From the human T2T-CHM13v2.0 reference genome, Homo sapiens, in assembly GCF_009914755.1 (NCBI RefSeq), contig NC_060926.1: a stretch of 64,000 nt of DNA. One strand, written 5' to 3'. Positions 1 through 16,787 of the stretch are shown here, piece after piece. The first letter of the stretch is position 1, and every line of letters starts with the position of its first letter. The notes under the pieces are model-generated. The model ran no database searches and was not told the DNA's origin. It was given only the letters and a program-made list of their open reading frames with translations. Both the position numbers and the translations under genes were made by a program.

Positions 1-197
1 TTGTACACTTATGAACACAGAGTAGAAACTATGTTTCATATGAGCAATGTCTCTGAGTTTTAACAATAGTTATAAAATTTAATTCAAGATGATAACTTTT
101 TCCTTTCTTTCTTAAGCCTCTTTAGGAGATCTCCTCTAGGCCCATAGCTTCATCTATTTCCTCTGTTTGGCTGACTTTCAAACATATACCTCCAGCT

Positions 198-293
198 GGA
201 GTGAACAACTGTCCCTATTTGCCTGGGACTAAAGGATTTCCCAGAATGCTGGACATTTACTGCTAAAATATTGGGGGAGTCCCAGGTCACACT
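198..293. mobile_element. Possible hAT-Blackjack MITE (MER94-like) inside an L2 relic
   Basis: ggagtgaacaactgtccc...gggact...ggtcacacta termini. Confidence 0.35.
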
Positions 294-1791
294 ATCTCCA
301 ACCTGGACCCCTCTGCTAATCTCCTGACCTGTATTTCCAACTGTCTGCTATCCCGCTAGGCAGCCTCCCAAAACTACCTTTAACTCAGCATGTTTAAAGC
401 ATTATTCTCCCTCCCATCATGCCCTCCTGCTTGCCTTGCTTTTTGCCAATGTTATTGGCATTAATTATTCTTCTCATCACCTAGGATAGACAGTTCAGTG
501 AGCGGATCTTTGTCTTGGTCTTTAACGTCTGTCTTGTAAATTATGTGACTTACTTATCTAATCCCAAAGATTAAAATGCTAGGTTGAAAGTTCCTCTAAA
601 AACAAGGCCCATGTTTTATCAATATTTTTATCCTAGCTATCACAATTCCTTATAGAAAGCAATAATCAATAAACTTTTGTTAAACTGCTAACCTCTGAAA
701 TGCTATGAAATTCCAGAAAAACATTTAGATTCTAGTGCTGGCTCAATCACCAACTACATGTGTAGCTATAGATAAATCACTTGATTCTCAGTGCTTTAGA
801 ATGAAAATAAAATAAAAATGCTTTGAAAATTCAATGAACATTCCCTGGGTTATATAGAGAAGATAATGACTCTAAAATACATAAGTAGTTCCTGATGAGA
901 ATGTCCCCAAAACTCCTCATCATGGTCCCATACAATCCTTAGTCCCTTATTCAAGTCCTCACATCCCTCTCTTACTTCCACAGTTATATGTTTCCTATTT
1001 AGACTCTGGTAATTATGTCTAGGTTCACAGTAACTGTGGCCTACCATATCATATTCTCAATGGTCAAAGAGAGCTCAGTCAAACACAGCATCTGGCACAC
1101 AGTAGATGTTTAAGAAATCTTTTGTTGAATAATTAAGGAGCAACTAGTGCTGGTGCCAGCTGGCGCACATTAGCTGTGCCTGCAGGTAGGCATAAAATTG
1201 ACAAACCAGGTATAAAAAGCAGGGAGCTGGAACCCTAAGTCTTCTCAATAGTGAGGTCACTGTGCCTATAAAAAGCAGAATAGAGTTCTGACTATTCAAT
1301 GAACCTTCTGTCTGCTCCCCAGCAAGGAAAGATTTCTTTATAAGGAAGTGATTTCAAAACTCCAGGGTTGCTGGTGTTTATGATAATGAAGGAATTGAGA
1401 GGTAAAAATGAAACCATGCAAGGTTCCCAAGAACAATACAGCAAACCCTAGTTGTTTGTTTTGGTTCTTCATCACACAATCCAGGGCCTAGCAAGGATAT
1501 AAAAAGAAAGGTTCTCGAGTGAAACAGTCCTTGGTTCTTTGAGCCAACTCTATGTAGTCACCAACCACAGCTATGGGGAATTCCAAAATCCTGCTTTTGT
1601 TAGTGAATGCCTTTCCACTAAATAAGCAGACAGCCTCTTGTCTGAAGGTATTTTGTTTTTATTTGGCTATCTTGTCGAATTAATACAAAATATACAGTGT
1701 CTTTAGCCTCTGAGTACATTGTAAAATTGCAACCTTCTTAAAAGGGGTTCAAGGTTCATCATAAACAACTCAGTAACACAAAATGTTATTA

Positions 1792-2092
<301 letters not shown>

Positions 2093-2094
2093 AT

Positions 2095-2101
2095 TTATAC
2101 G

Positions 2102-2146
<45 letters not shown>

Positions 2147-2166
2147 CAACAACAACAACAACAAAC
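2095..2166 (+). repeat. Compound microsatellite (TA)n(CA)n(TA)n(AAC)n in an Alu tail
   Basis: Read directly from the sequence. Confidence 0.9.
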
Positions 2167-2292
2167 GGTTTACCAGTTCTCAAGGAAGCTTACTAAAAAT
2201 GTATCCAGCTTCCCTCAGTCTTTTATATCCAAAATCCTGACTTTCCCAATCAGAACCTAGAAAGCAGCACGGTATGAAGAGTAGAAATTCTT

Positions 2293-2659
2293 AAAGAAGG
2301 AGGGAGGGAGGGAAGAAAAAAGAAAGGGAAGGAGGGAGGGAGGGAGGGAAGAAGGAAGGGAGGAAGGGAGGGAGGAAGGGAGGAAAGGGAGGGAAGGGAG
2401 GGAAGGGAGGGAAGGAATGAAGGGAAGGAAGGGAAGGAAGAGAAGGAAGGGAAGGATAGGAAGGGAAGGAAGGGAAGGGAGGAAAGAGAGGGAAGGGAGG
2501 GAAGGTAGGGAAGGGAGGGAAGGTAGGGAAGGGAGGGAAGGAAGGGAAGGAAAGGAGGGAGGGAGGGAAGAAGGAAGGAAAGAGGGAAGGAAAGAGGGCA
2601 GGAGGGCAGGCAGACAAGAAGGCAGGCAGGCAGGCAGATGCACAAAAAGAGGTAGGGAG
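2293..2659 (+). repeat. Polypurine (GGAA/GGGA/GGCA)n low-complexity tract
   Basis: ~360 nt of almost only G and A. Confidence 0.95.
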
Positions 2660-2976
<317 letters not shown>

Positions 2977-4252
2977 CTATGCTAAGTGCTATGGCCTAAG
3001 CCCCTACTAAAAGTAACAGAAGTGAACAGGCCAGGCTATAGCTGCTATTCAGGCCTTTGTATTGTCTTGAGCAGATCACTGAAGCAAATTATTGTTCCAT
3101 AAACAGATTACTCCAACTCCTATCCACAGAGCTATCTCACTCCCACTGGATAAGTATTCTAAGATAAGAATAAAACCCGCAGACTAAAATCAAATTACAT
3201 AAGCTGTATACCCAACTAACTGGTCATTAGACAATTATTTTGTACCAATAAATCCGATTCCCTGACTACAAAGTGGCTTTTAAATGGCTTCATCCATCCA
3301 ACTACATGTAGTAGCACAGAGCTATTTTTAACTTATATTACTATTGCTAACTGAGAAATGTCACCTTCATTTCCTCAAACTCTTTCAGTATGATTTATTT
3401 TTTCTAACTTAGAGATTTTCCCAATCTCTAATTATTTCATAAGCTAAATTCCCATTCAACTCCATTCAATCTTTGGTCAAGTATTATATTTATTATTTCA
3501 AAGTTCATGTTTATTATTTCAATGAAACTAAACACTAATAGATGTGTGCAGGAAGGTTGTTTGCATGTATATTTTAAATAGGAACACAACCCTGAAGCAC
3601 CAGGAAACTTTAAGCCTGAAAAATGATTTGCCCAAATGAAATCCTGTTAGAAAGCTACATATCAAGAGAAGCCATCTTAACCTCCCTCACCACTATCATA
3701 CATTATTGAGGCTTACTGCAGGCTAAAACATTAGGGGGCTATTTTGAAGACTTAGCTGCAGGCACAGGCAATAATACAATGACCAAATCTAAATTGAATT
3801 ACCAATCAGAGGGCCATGGGGAGAAGGACAAGATACAGTGGATTAAAAGAAGTCATTGGAAGATGTACCAGATAGCTGGTTCTCTCAATTATTTAATATA
3901 ATCATTCCCTAAGATCAAGGAGAAAAATTAATATTAAAAAAATTCTAAAACTTTACTTAAAAAGCTGGCATAGAGGTTACTCACTGAGAACAAAGTCCCT
4001 CTGCTATTGTCTAAATGACAAAGTGTTATTATGAAAACTTTTTAAATGAGTGTTCAAATATCGAGGAAAAACAGTAATATCTGACTCAACTATTACAGTA
4101 GGCTTAAAAATGAAAATAAAAATGCAGGAATCATTAACAAACACTTAGAATGTATACATCAAGACATTCTAGTTTTCTCCAAATTCTTTTAATCCACAAT
4201 AGAAAAGGGAAATTAAAAGGATTTTTCTCTCTATAAAGAATATGGCTCCCCA

Positions 4253-4324
4253 GGCAAGATCGCGCCACTGCAGTCCAGCCTGGGCAACACAGCGAGACTC
4301 CATCTCAACAAAACAAAACAAAAA
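4253..4324 (+). mobile_element. Severely 5'-truncated Alu
   Basis: Last ~55 nt of Alu plus tail; perfect 18-bp TSD aaagaatatggctcccca. Confidence 0.9.
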
Positions 4325-4469
4325 AAAGAATATGGCTCCCCAAGGTGGCTCATCTCTTAGTTATTCTTTATTTAATTATTCATATTTCAAATAAAATTAA
4401 TAGGACACTCAGTGAGAAATAGTGTCTTATTTAGACACATTTCCCAAATGAAATGTAAATAAAAGTTTA

Positions 4470-4770
4470 GGCTGGGCGCGGTGGCTCATGTCCGTAATCC
4501 CAGCACTTTGGGAGGCTGAGGTGGGATACTGCTTGAGCCCAGGAGTTCGAGACCAGCCTAAGCAACATGGCGAAACCCCATCTCTACAAAAAATACAAAA
4601 ATTAGCTGGGCATGGTGGCAGACACCCGTAAGTCCTAGCTACTTGGGAGGCTGAGACAGATTCTGATCACTTAAGCCAGGAGGCAGAAGTTGCAATGAGC
4701 CAAGATCATGCCACTGCACTCCAGCCTTGGCAACAGAGAGATTCTGTCTCAAATAAATAAATTAAATTAA
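4470..4770 (+). mobile_element. Alu (AluJ-like)
   Basis: Dimeric Alu, TSD similar to aaataaaagttta. Confidence 0.9.
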
Positions 4771-6652
4771 AAATAAAGTTTACACAAGATTGTATATTCT
4801 TTCATTCAAAGCTGAATGACTCTTCCCCAAATCTTATATATTACATTCTGCATTTATTTATTTCTCAACTGCATATTCTTTAGAGACTTGGTCTTTCATT
4901 CTCCAGAAAGGTAGAAGAAATTATTTTTTCAGTATTATATTTAAATTGCTCATCAAAAGTTTTCTGTTGAATTTGAATCATGGTAGCTATAATTAACTGA
5001 TGAAAGTTTAAATACATATTTAAATGATTTCTGTCCACAGAATTGTTGATGTCCATGAGTCAGTACTAGTATTTAATGACAAAAACTACTAAATGTCACA
5101 ATTTAATTTTTTCAGGCCAATAATGTGAAAATGATTATAATTACTGCAATAAATATCTGTAGATTAAGCTACATTACAAGTAAAGCAATTCGAATATTTG
5201 AAGAGTAAGACAACATCAAGCACTAATAAATCTCCCTTCTAGATTTAGAATTATAATCAATGATTTTATCCCCTTATAGTTAAGTTTGTATCTTACGGTT
5301 GGACAAATTAAAGTTGGATTCCCAACTTAACATCCTAGAAGTCTGTTCATTTTCATCAGAAGAACGACTTCAAATAATAAGATCACAGAAAGTAAACAAG
5401 CAAATATGAATGTCACCAAAAAGTTGAATTTAGAGTTTTATGACATTAACAAACTTAACCACTCCAATCAAATGCTTAGACAAGTAATTATGCACAGGCA
5501 AGCAATGATGTTTTTTAAGGAGAACAGGAATATTTCACTGACTTCTAAATAGAAAGCACGACATAAAAAAATCAGATTACAGAAAATTAACTCAACACAC
5601 TATTTGTGTTATGTGTGTTGCAAGTGTTGCTTTCAAAACATTCCCAGAAAAAGTAACAATGTCTCCATCCCTATTTATTCTTAGATGATTGTTTAATAGT
5701 GAAGTCAGTTTATATTTGAAGACATTTTGCATAATCCTATTAAAAACCAATTCAAACAATGTGGGTCATGTTTAACTCTTCAGTTATTTATCCATTAATC
5801 TCTTTAAGTGCTTCCTTCCTTAACACAGCTGTAGTTCAAGAGGTGGCCAGCAGTTGGCCTCCATTTCTGTGGATTTTCATGAATGCCCAGATTTCTTTTT
5901 GCAAACTTTTTAAATGTTGTATGCCTAAACAACTTTTTCATAACTTAAGGGCTTATAAAACGCTCTCAAAAGGGCTCCAAAAGAAACAAATTTTCTTTTA
6001 AAAATAAAAACCAAACAAAAGGAAGCCACACACACTGTAAAGATGTTCTCTGCAAAACATTCTGTTCAGCAGATTTGAAATGTCTCTAAAGGGATCAAGA
6101 ACTACTTGGTTTGAAAGCAACAGCTGAGAACTCCTAACAGGTTGGTTAAAAGCCAACAGTAACAGCCATGAGAAAATCTTTAAACTAGATTAGGAGGGGC
6201 TAAGATACCAGGCATTGGGCATTCCCTAGTCTCCCCGCTCCATTTATTCGGAATGCCTTCAACTGTACCATTCAACCACAGTTATTCAAAAGCCTCTGTC
6301 CTTAGACCTCTGTTCTTTTTTCCTTTCATGCTCTCCACCAAAGACTGCAATCTTACTATGATATTTTTGGAGAAAACTCACAGATCTACATCTCTGTTTT
6401 TGTTATATCACCCAAACTAATCCCCTATCTCTAACATCTGACTTAAGTATTTCCACCAGGGTATGCCATCATTATCTCATACTCAACACATAAAAAACAA
6501 AAAAACTTACTCATCTTTATCAAACCATTCCCTCTTTCAACTTCCTTTGTTTTGTTAACATCAACCCCATTTGTCTGGTGACCAAGACTTAGAATCACAG
6601 AAGCAACCATGAACTCCCTAGTAACCTCCACTATTCACATTCAGTTGGTTCA

Positions 6653-7200
6653 TGTGGCAGATGGCGTTTTTCAAAGATGGCTACCACAACATCTCCTATC
6701 TGCGTATACTTCTACAATATGATCTTGCCACTTTGCTGTCAAAAGGTAGACTGAATCCAGGCTGGTCCTAAGATGCACTTAAAATCAAAGGAATGTGACT
6801 AAAGCAATGCAATGAGACTTCCAAGGCTGGGTCAGAAAAGAGCATACAGCTTCTGGCTGATTCTCTTGGAATACTCTCTCTGGGGGAAGCAAGCTGCCAT
6901 ATAAGAATTTCAACCCCAAGACTACCATGCTGGGGTGAGAGGCTACATGTAGTCCCAACTAGGCCCAGCCTTCTAGCTAGTCCCACCAAGGTGCCATAAA
7001 TGCGAGTGAAGTTGTCTTAGGTCCCTTGTGACCAGTTCATCTGCCAGCTGAATGCCACCAACTGAACTCAGTAAATACCCTAAGGAAGAATCACCCAGCT
7101 GAGCCCTGCCCAAATTGTTGAGATACAAAACCATGAATGTAATAAAATGTGTCCACAGCTTTCCTTCTAAGCATACATCATGTGAGGAGTTGTTACTATC
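6653..7200 (+). mobile_element. MaLR LTR (MLT1F/G-like)
   Basis: TGTGGCAGAT...CAAAGATGGC start; CCCAGCTGAGCCC near the 3' end. Confidence 0.7.
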
Positions 7201-9266
7201 TATGTGGGGACAAAAGTTAACTAAAACCCCATGTTTGTCTCTATTCCCAGAGCCACCACCCAAGAGGAAGCCCTCATCACCTCAGATCTACTTTGTTATA
7301 ACTGATTGCAGGCTCTCCTTACTATAATCTGTATTACAATCTATCTAACCTAACATTTCCAACCAGAAAACTGCTTTTACATGCCAACCCCACAACCAAC
7401 ATCAATCTCATGTTTTAAATTTGTAGGAAATTCTATAATGCAAAGAGGTCTTCTTAAATATCTATTTTATTTGATTCATACAACAAAAGCCAGAGATCTG
7501 TCAATAGGGCAAATACCCTTTTCCTTAAAGATGAAGAGATCAAAGGTTAGGGAGGTTAATTTTTGTACAATCTCATTGCCAATAAATGGAATGAATATAC
7601 ACAGAACTAAGAACCAGAGTCACAGATTACTGGTATTCCTCCATTCTATGATGCCTCCTATGATCTATTTCAGAGCAAAAATGTTTGATGCCTCTCTCCA
7701 TCCCTGCTACAGTAAATCTATTTCCAAGACACTCTATAATTTGGCCTCAATCTATCAACTTGCCTGGTTATTTCCTACCAACTCCACCACTACAGGAAGG
7801 AGGTTTATTTATTCACCTTGCTGATTCTAGCCTCTGAACATTTACTCACAATGTTTCCTTCTTTCAACTCATGCATTAGCACAAATTCCACCTCTTCCAT
7901 GAAGCCCTACCAGCCTATCCCCATTGCTTTCTCTCTCTGCTATTCCTATATGTTTTATAAATTTCACCCAAAATTTGGCAGTTTTATCTTGTTCAAGTGT
8001 GTCGGTCTTACTTCCAGGCTGGTAATCAGTCCACACACATCCACACACAGAGAGATGCTGGGTGCTGTATACAGCCAGTGTTGGTTCTGACCAGTCAGTG
8101 CTCACAACATACCTTTTGTTAAATATTTTGAATTTCATCTCTACTTATTTCTCAGACTAAAACATAAGCTCTTTAATAACAGGAACTTCATCTTATAAAA
8201 AAACCATAATATCATCCAAACCAAGCACAGTACTAAGCACACTGCTGGTATTCATACATTCTTGTTAACTGATTTGATAGGAGTGGAGTGTGTTGTGTTT
8301 TGAGGGAAAAAAAAGTTCATAAGTCATATCTACACTGGAAACAAAAAGTTGAAAAGATAAAATATTTTCAACATCAGCAGTTTAATGTCAGGGACTTTTT
8401 AAAAAGTATCATTTAAAGACATTCTGTGCAGCCCATAACTGCCAAAATGTTTTATAAATGTTTTTACCAGGCATGTGAAAAAAAAAGTTTCAAAAATATT
8501 CAAGGAATAGATGTCTTAACAGCCTAAAATAAAATGTTTGCTGAGGCTACAAGGCTGGCAGAACTCTGCTTCATTTCAAAAAGTTTCCAGGCAATGGAAA
8601 TGTTTTCCTGGAAAATACTACCTTTTATTTAGAGAACACTTGCCATGAACACTTAGTCATTAAGTAATTTAAGGTTTCCCCACAAGCTCTTTGGAGGAAA
8701 TCTATTATATGAATGAATGAAATTATCTGTAACTATAATGTCAAGAAATACATTTGGTTAAATATATGAAATCTATCTAAGTAGTTTTCCAGGTAAAAGG
8801 AAAAAAATATTTTCTACTTTTCAGTCTACTTACTGTTCTTTTAAACTTTTCTATACGATAAAATTATGAAGAAAAAAACCAAAATCCTTAAGTGCTTCTG
8901 TAATACAAACCCCAAAAATTGCAAGGCCTGTTTTATTCCAAACACCAAGTAATTTTCAAACAGACAAAACATTTATTTCATTCAATAAAAAAAAAACAGT
9001 AATTTCAAAGCTATTTTTAGCAAAATCTTTGAGTTTGCTTCAAATCACCTTTCAATGACAGAATAATAACTCAGTTTGGACGTTTCAATCAGTTATCTGC
9101 AGTAAATCATACAATGAAACCTAAGAAAACAATTTCTTCCAAGAGTTTTGTAGTCAACCAGGTCTTATTCTTTTAAACTTCAAAAGACACAACTAAATTC
9201 TACTCCAAGCATATGCTTTGTATATTTAGTCTTTTTAAAACGTACACAAAAGGATATTTGTTTTAC

Positions 9267-9376
9267 CTGTTTAGTACTTCAGTGAGTTTCACAAAACCAG
9301 TATAAGCCAATTCAAATGCTCCTCTGTGCCTGGACTGCAAAAGGTGTTGTTTAAAGTAATCTCCTATTTCTTTTAC
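9267..9376 (-). CDS. THADA: THADA coding exon (~22), 110 nt, VKEIGDYF...RHRGAF...TEVLNR
   Basis: Acceptor ttaaag, donor AG|gtaaaa; RHRGAF motif typical of THADA/Trm732. Confidence 0.94.
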
Positions 9377-9454
9377 CTTTAAAAAAAAAGCAAAAACAAA
9401 TGTCCGATTTATGTTTACATTCGCAAGTGTATTTATATCAGTAACACTGTTTAG

Positions 9455-9818
<364 letters not shown>

Positions 9819-10184
9819 ATTTTAAGTATTTTTTTTTAACAATAGCTCATCTAATCCTCACAGTAATTCCATGAAATAAGTACGATCATTATCTCTACTT
9901 CACAATTGGAAAACTGAGGCCAAGAAAGGCTAAGAAACTTATCCAAGGTCAGACAGCAAGAAAGCAATGGAACCAGAACATGAAGCCAAGCAGTCTGGCT
10001 CCAGAGTTGACCATCTTTAACTGCTACACTAGAACTGCCTTCCTATGTCACATTCACAAACCTCAGTATGTTTTCTGTTATAGCTCATGTTATTCAACTC
10101 CAACAGAAAATCACACAAAGCGACAACACTCACACACATAGGTCTAGGTGAAATAATTACCTTTTTTCCTTCTTTTAAAATTTT

Positions 10185-10360
10185 TTTTCTTTTTTATTGT
10201 GGTAAAATATACATAATATTTATCATTGTAACCCTTTTTAAATGTACAATTAAGTGGCATAAGTACATTCATACTTTTGTACAACCATCACCATCATGCA
10301 TTTAGAGAACTTTTCATCTTCCCAAATGGAAACTCCATACCCATTAAAAAATAACCCGTA
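10185..10360 (-). mobile_element. Short L1MB-like 3' end
   Basis: ttttattgtggtaaaatatacataa...tacaaccatcaccatc. Confidence 0.6.
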
Positions 10361-10557
10361 TTACCTTTTAGAGACATAAAATTGTTAATGACAATGCAAG
10401 ATGTGGTGCAAAGGACCTCCTGAAAAACTACTAGGCTTCACTTCAAGACAGAACCATGGAATTTGCCAGAATGTCACCCAGTGGCTTTCCTACATGCTGT
10501 CTTTCTCCACACAAGATTAGACAAATAACAAATATGACTTTTTTTAAAAAAAAAAAA

Positions 10558-10901
10558 ACAGGGTCTGGTCTTGCTTTATCACCCAGGCTGGAGTGCAGTG
10601 GCACAATCATAGCTCACTGTAACCTCGAACTCCTAGGCTCAAGGAGTTTGAGGTTACAGTAATACTCCCACCTTAGCCTCCTGAGCAGCTAGGACTGTAA
10701 GTGTATGTCACCAAACCCACCTAATTTTTTAATTTTTTGTAGAGACAGGGTCTTGCTATGTTGCCTCGGCTTAAGTACAGTGGCTATTCACAGGTGTGAT
10801 CACTGTGCACTACAGTCTCCAACTCTTGGGCCCCAAGGAGTCCTTCTGCATCAGCCTCCCGAGTAGCTGTTAACTACAGGCATGAACCACTGTGGCCGGC
10901 C
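10558..10901 (-). mobile_element. Atypical Alu dimer (FAM-like monomer plus right-arm monomer)
   Basis: ggctattcacaggtgtgatc FAM/7SL signature at ~10781-10800. Confidence 0.7.
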
Positions 10902-13264
10902 AGATTATTTATTTTAAAGAAAACAAAACGGACAATTCATTGTTGACTAAGGTTTTGAATAGAATTAACTTTTAAGCTGATTAGGCTTTTATACCATTAG
11001 ATTTAGTAACTATTGTCTTTTAAAAATCAAGATTTTGTATAAAACTCAGGACCAAAGCTGTAACCAGCTATCTCTTGATCCAGGTCTCCCCAACAGATCA
11101 CAGGATGGTAAAAGACAAGTTGTCCCAAGATATCTCAGATATGCTTACCTAGAAACACCTCCTATCTCAGCATAGGGACTAGATTAGTATTCTGCACACA
11201 TTAGAGATGATAAACAGTAGAATAAGTAGTTAAACATGTCATCATGGGCAAGTATCTCAGTTTCCTCATCCATAAACTAGAGATAATACCAGTATTTAGG
11301 ACACAGGTTGTTGTATTAAAATAAGTAATAAACTGAAAAGCTCAGAACAGGCCCAGAACCTATAATCCAATTCAGTTCAATATGAGTTCTGACTAGGGTT
11401 CTAAATAGAGGAAAACTAAAGACGTAATCCACACTCAAAGTACATCTGATTATAAAGATATAATAAGTGATACACATGGAGAAACAAGAATCAGATAGGA
11501 GACTAACAAAGAACCAAAAAAGCAGTATATAATAATTTTTTTAAAAAAAATTCTAACTCTTTAGTATCCCAAAGAGTGACAGGTCATGTTCTTCAGTTAG
11601 TTTTCCTGTAAAGATCTGATGATACTCTTGATTTTAGTATCTTTTAAAGACCACATACTACCAGTTGTCAAGAGCCACAGTCAGGTAAGCCTTATTTTGT
11701 CTTCAATGTGGTAATTTCAGAGCATTGTTTGAACAGAATTATCAAGGCTTAAATCCGAATTAAACCCCTAAAATAGGGCTGAAGCCCGATAATCCTATAA
11801 AATAAGTAACTCATGATAGCCAGCTTAAAAAAATAATACTAATACAAAATAAGGACTAGAAGAACCACCAGTTAGCTTATTTGTAATGACCATCATTTCG
11901 ATTATTAGAGAAACAAGAGATTTCTAAGAAGGTACTTAAAGACAGAAAATAAAAACAGAAAGTCAATGAGATGAGGTTTCTCTAACTTCCTTAATTTTTT
12001 TCCCAAAATGTTGCAGATATTAAAACATACTTCAGGAAAACATAAACTTTGTCATTACTGACAAAGTGCTTCTCTGTGGATTTACAACAGTTCATAATTT
12101 ACTCCTTAGGCAAAGATCAGATTTTCATTGCTTCCTTTATTCAAACTCCCTTCGAAGAGGTCTAAAACAAAAAGCATATAATAAAAATCAAAGACCTCAG
12201 AAGTATGACCAGTGGGTGGTCTTCTCAAGGATGGACCTCAACCCTAGGTATTCCTGGGCACAGAAAACAGATTGATGTTCTAAGGACAAAACTGAGATAT
12301 AGGCAGTTTTTCCTTTCATTTTGCACTTAATAATTTCCGAATAAACCCACATAGCTAATACCTAGGCTTATTATCTTTTTTCCTTTTGAAGATAATGTAA
12401 AATTCCTGTTAGATAACAGTCTTTCTTTAGCACCATGTAAAATGCTTCACAGCTTAATGCTGTGGTAGATAGAAAAGATGAAAACAAGATGCCTGTCCTC
12501 AGCAGGCTTTTAGTTCACTTTGGCAAAGAAAACCAACATGCTGTCTGGTGTCCATTAGAAGCATAAGTTCCAAAAAATGAAAGATCCTTTTGCACTGGAA
12601 TAATGAGAAAACACTTCACATCCAGAACTTGAACAGGCTATTACAGTACTTGGGTGGACCAAAATGAAAGAGGGTAATTAACATGAGAAGAGGCTGGGAG
12701 ACTAGAATGAATAGACCAACACTAAATAAGTGCGTGCCAGCTACCTGCCAGATACTTTGCTAGGTCTTTTCATATCAATGAATGAGCATACACAGACAAG
12801 GGTAAGTAAACCTGGCTGAGTGACCTAGAGGTTTCGTGCTAGAAAACAGTAAGGACAAGGCTACAAGGAAGAGAAGAATCCGATTACAAATGACTAGTGG
12901 GCTTGGCAGTGTAGTCCATGAGCAGCTGAACAGAGAAGAAACACACCAGGCTGACAGCCTCCCAGTGGATAATCAGACTACATGAAACAGACTTAACTCA
13001 AACCACTTACAAAATTAATAACAACAAAATCAGAAACAATTTCAAAATTTGATTTTTAAAATGAAAATCTCTGAATTTTCACTTTAAAATGAAAACCTCT
13101 GAAAACTCCAACTCAATTGCCTATTAGATACCACTGAGTTTCTATTTAAGGTTCACAAAATGGATAATGGATGTACAAAATAATTTTTTAGAGGTAACTA
13201 TTAATTTTTATTGCATTTCTTTCTAGTCTTTTCCTTTTTTTCGACTCATAATTTTTTTAAAAAA

Positions 13265-15305
<2,041 letters not shown>

Positions 15306-16557
15306 AACAAAAAACTCTTGTTTGCAGGTGACATTATGGACATATAATCTACAAATAATCCACAAATGATTAAAATAATAGAGTTTAGTAATATGGATGA
15401 ATATAAGATAAATATTTAAAAAGCAGTTGTATTTTTATAGCCCAGCAAGATAAAGTTCAAATATGTATTTTTTATAAAGATGGATTTACAATAACATCAA
15501 AAATTAAAATGCACCTTGAAATAATAAAGACATGTAAACCCTTTTATGAAGACAGATTTTTTAAAGCATTTTTAAAAATTCTTTTTCATTGACAAATAAT
15601 TATCCATATTTATGGGGTACACAGTAATGTTTCAATACATATAATAAATAGTGATCAGATCAGAATAATCAGCTTATCCATCATTTCAAACACTTATCAT
15701 TTCTTTGTGTTAGGAACATTCAACATCCTGCTTCTAGCTATTTGGAATTATTAATATATATATATTATTGCAAACTATAGTCATCCTACTGTGGTAAAGA
15801 ACACTAGAGCTTATTCTTCCTATGTAGCTGTAATTTGGTATCCTTTCACAACTCTACCTATCTCCACCCTCTCAACTACTCTTCCCAGCCTGTAGTATCC
15901 TCTGCTCTAATTTTTACTTCGAGTTCAACTTCCACATGTGTGAGAACATGCAGTGCTTAATTTTCTGTTCCTGGCTTATTTCACTTAACATAATGTCCTC
16001 CAGTTCCATCCATGTAGCTGCGAATGACAGTATTTCATTCTTTATTATGGCTGAATAGTATTCCACTCTGTATATATACACCACATTTCTTTACCCATTC
16101 ATCTGTTGTTGGACACCCAGGTTGATTACGTACCTTGTGTATTTTGAATAGTGCTGCAATAAACATGGGATTGCAACACTATTCAATCAAGGGGTTGCAG
16201 CACTCTATCTCTTCAATATACTGATTTCCTTCTCCTTGGATAAATGCCTAGTAGTGGGATTGCTGGATCATACGGTATTTCTATGTGTAGTTTTTAGAGG
16301 AATCTCCGCACTGTTCTCCACAGTAGCTATACTAGTTTACACTCCCACCAATAGGGTGTAAGAGTTCCCTTTTCTCCACATTCCTGCCATCATTTGTTAT
16401 TTTTTTGTCTTTTTGGGAACAGCCATCCTAACTGGAATGAAATGGTATCTCATTGTGGTTTTGATTTGCATTTCCCTGATTTGTGATGTTGAACATTTTT
16501 TCATATATTTGTTCGTCATTTCTGTTTTTGAGAAATGTCTGTTCAGATCATTTGTCC

Positions 16558-16589
<32 letters not shown>

Positions 16590-16787
16590 AGATGTTTGAG
16601 GTCCCTGTACATTTTGGACATTAATCCTGTCAGATGAATAGTTTACAAATTTTTTTCTCCCATTCTGAAGTTTATCTTTTGGCTCTGTTGTTTCCTTTGC
16701 TGTGCAGAAGGTTTTTAGTTTGATATAATCCCACTTACTTTTTGTTGTCTATGCTTTTGAGGTCTTATTTATAAAAATGTTTTCCCA

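Noticed and set aside
7381-8138. 147-aa and ~90-aa ORFs as a nested gene
   Set aside because: No recognisable domain or splice structure; they overlap MIR/L2-like relics
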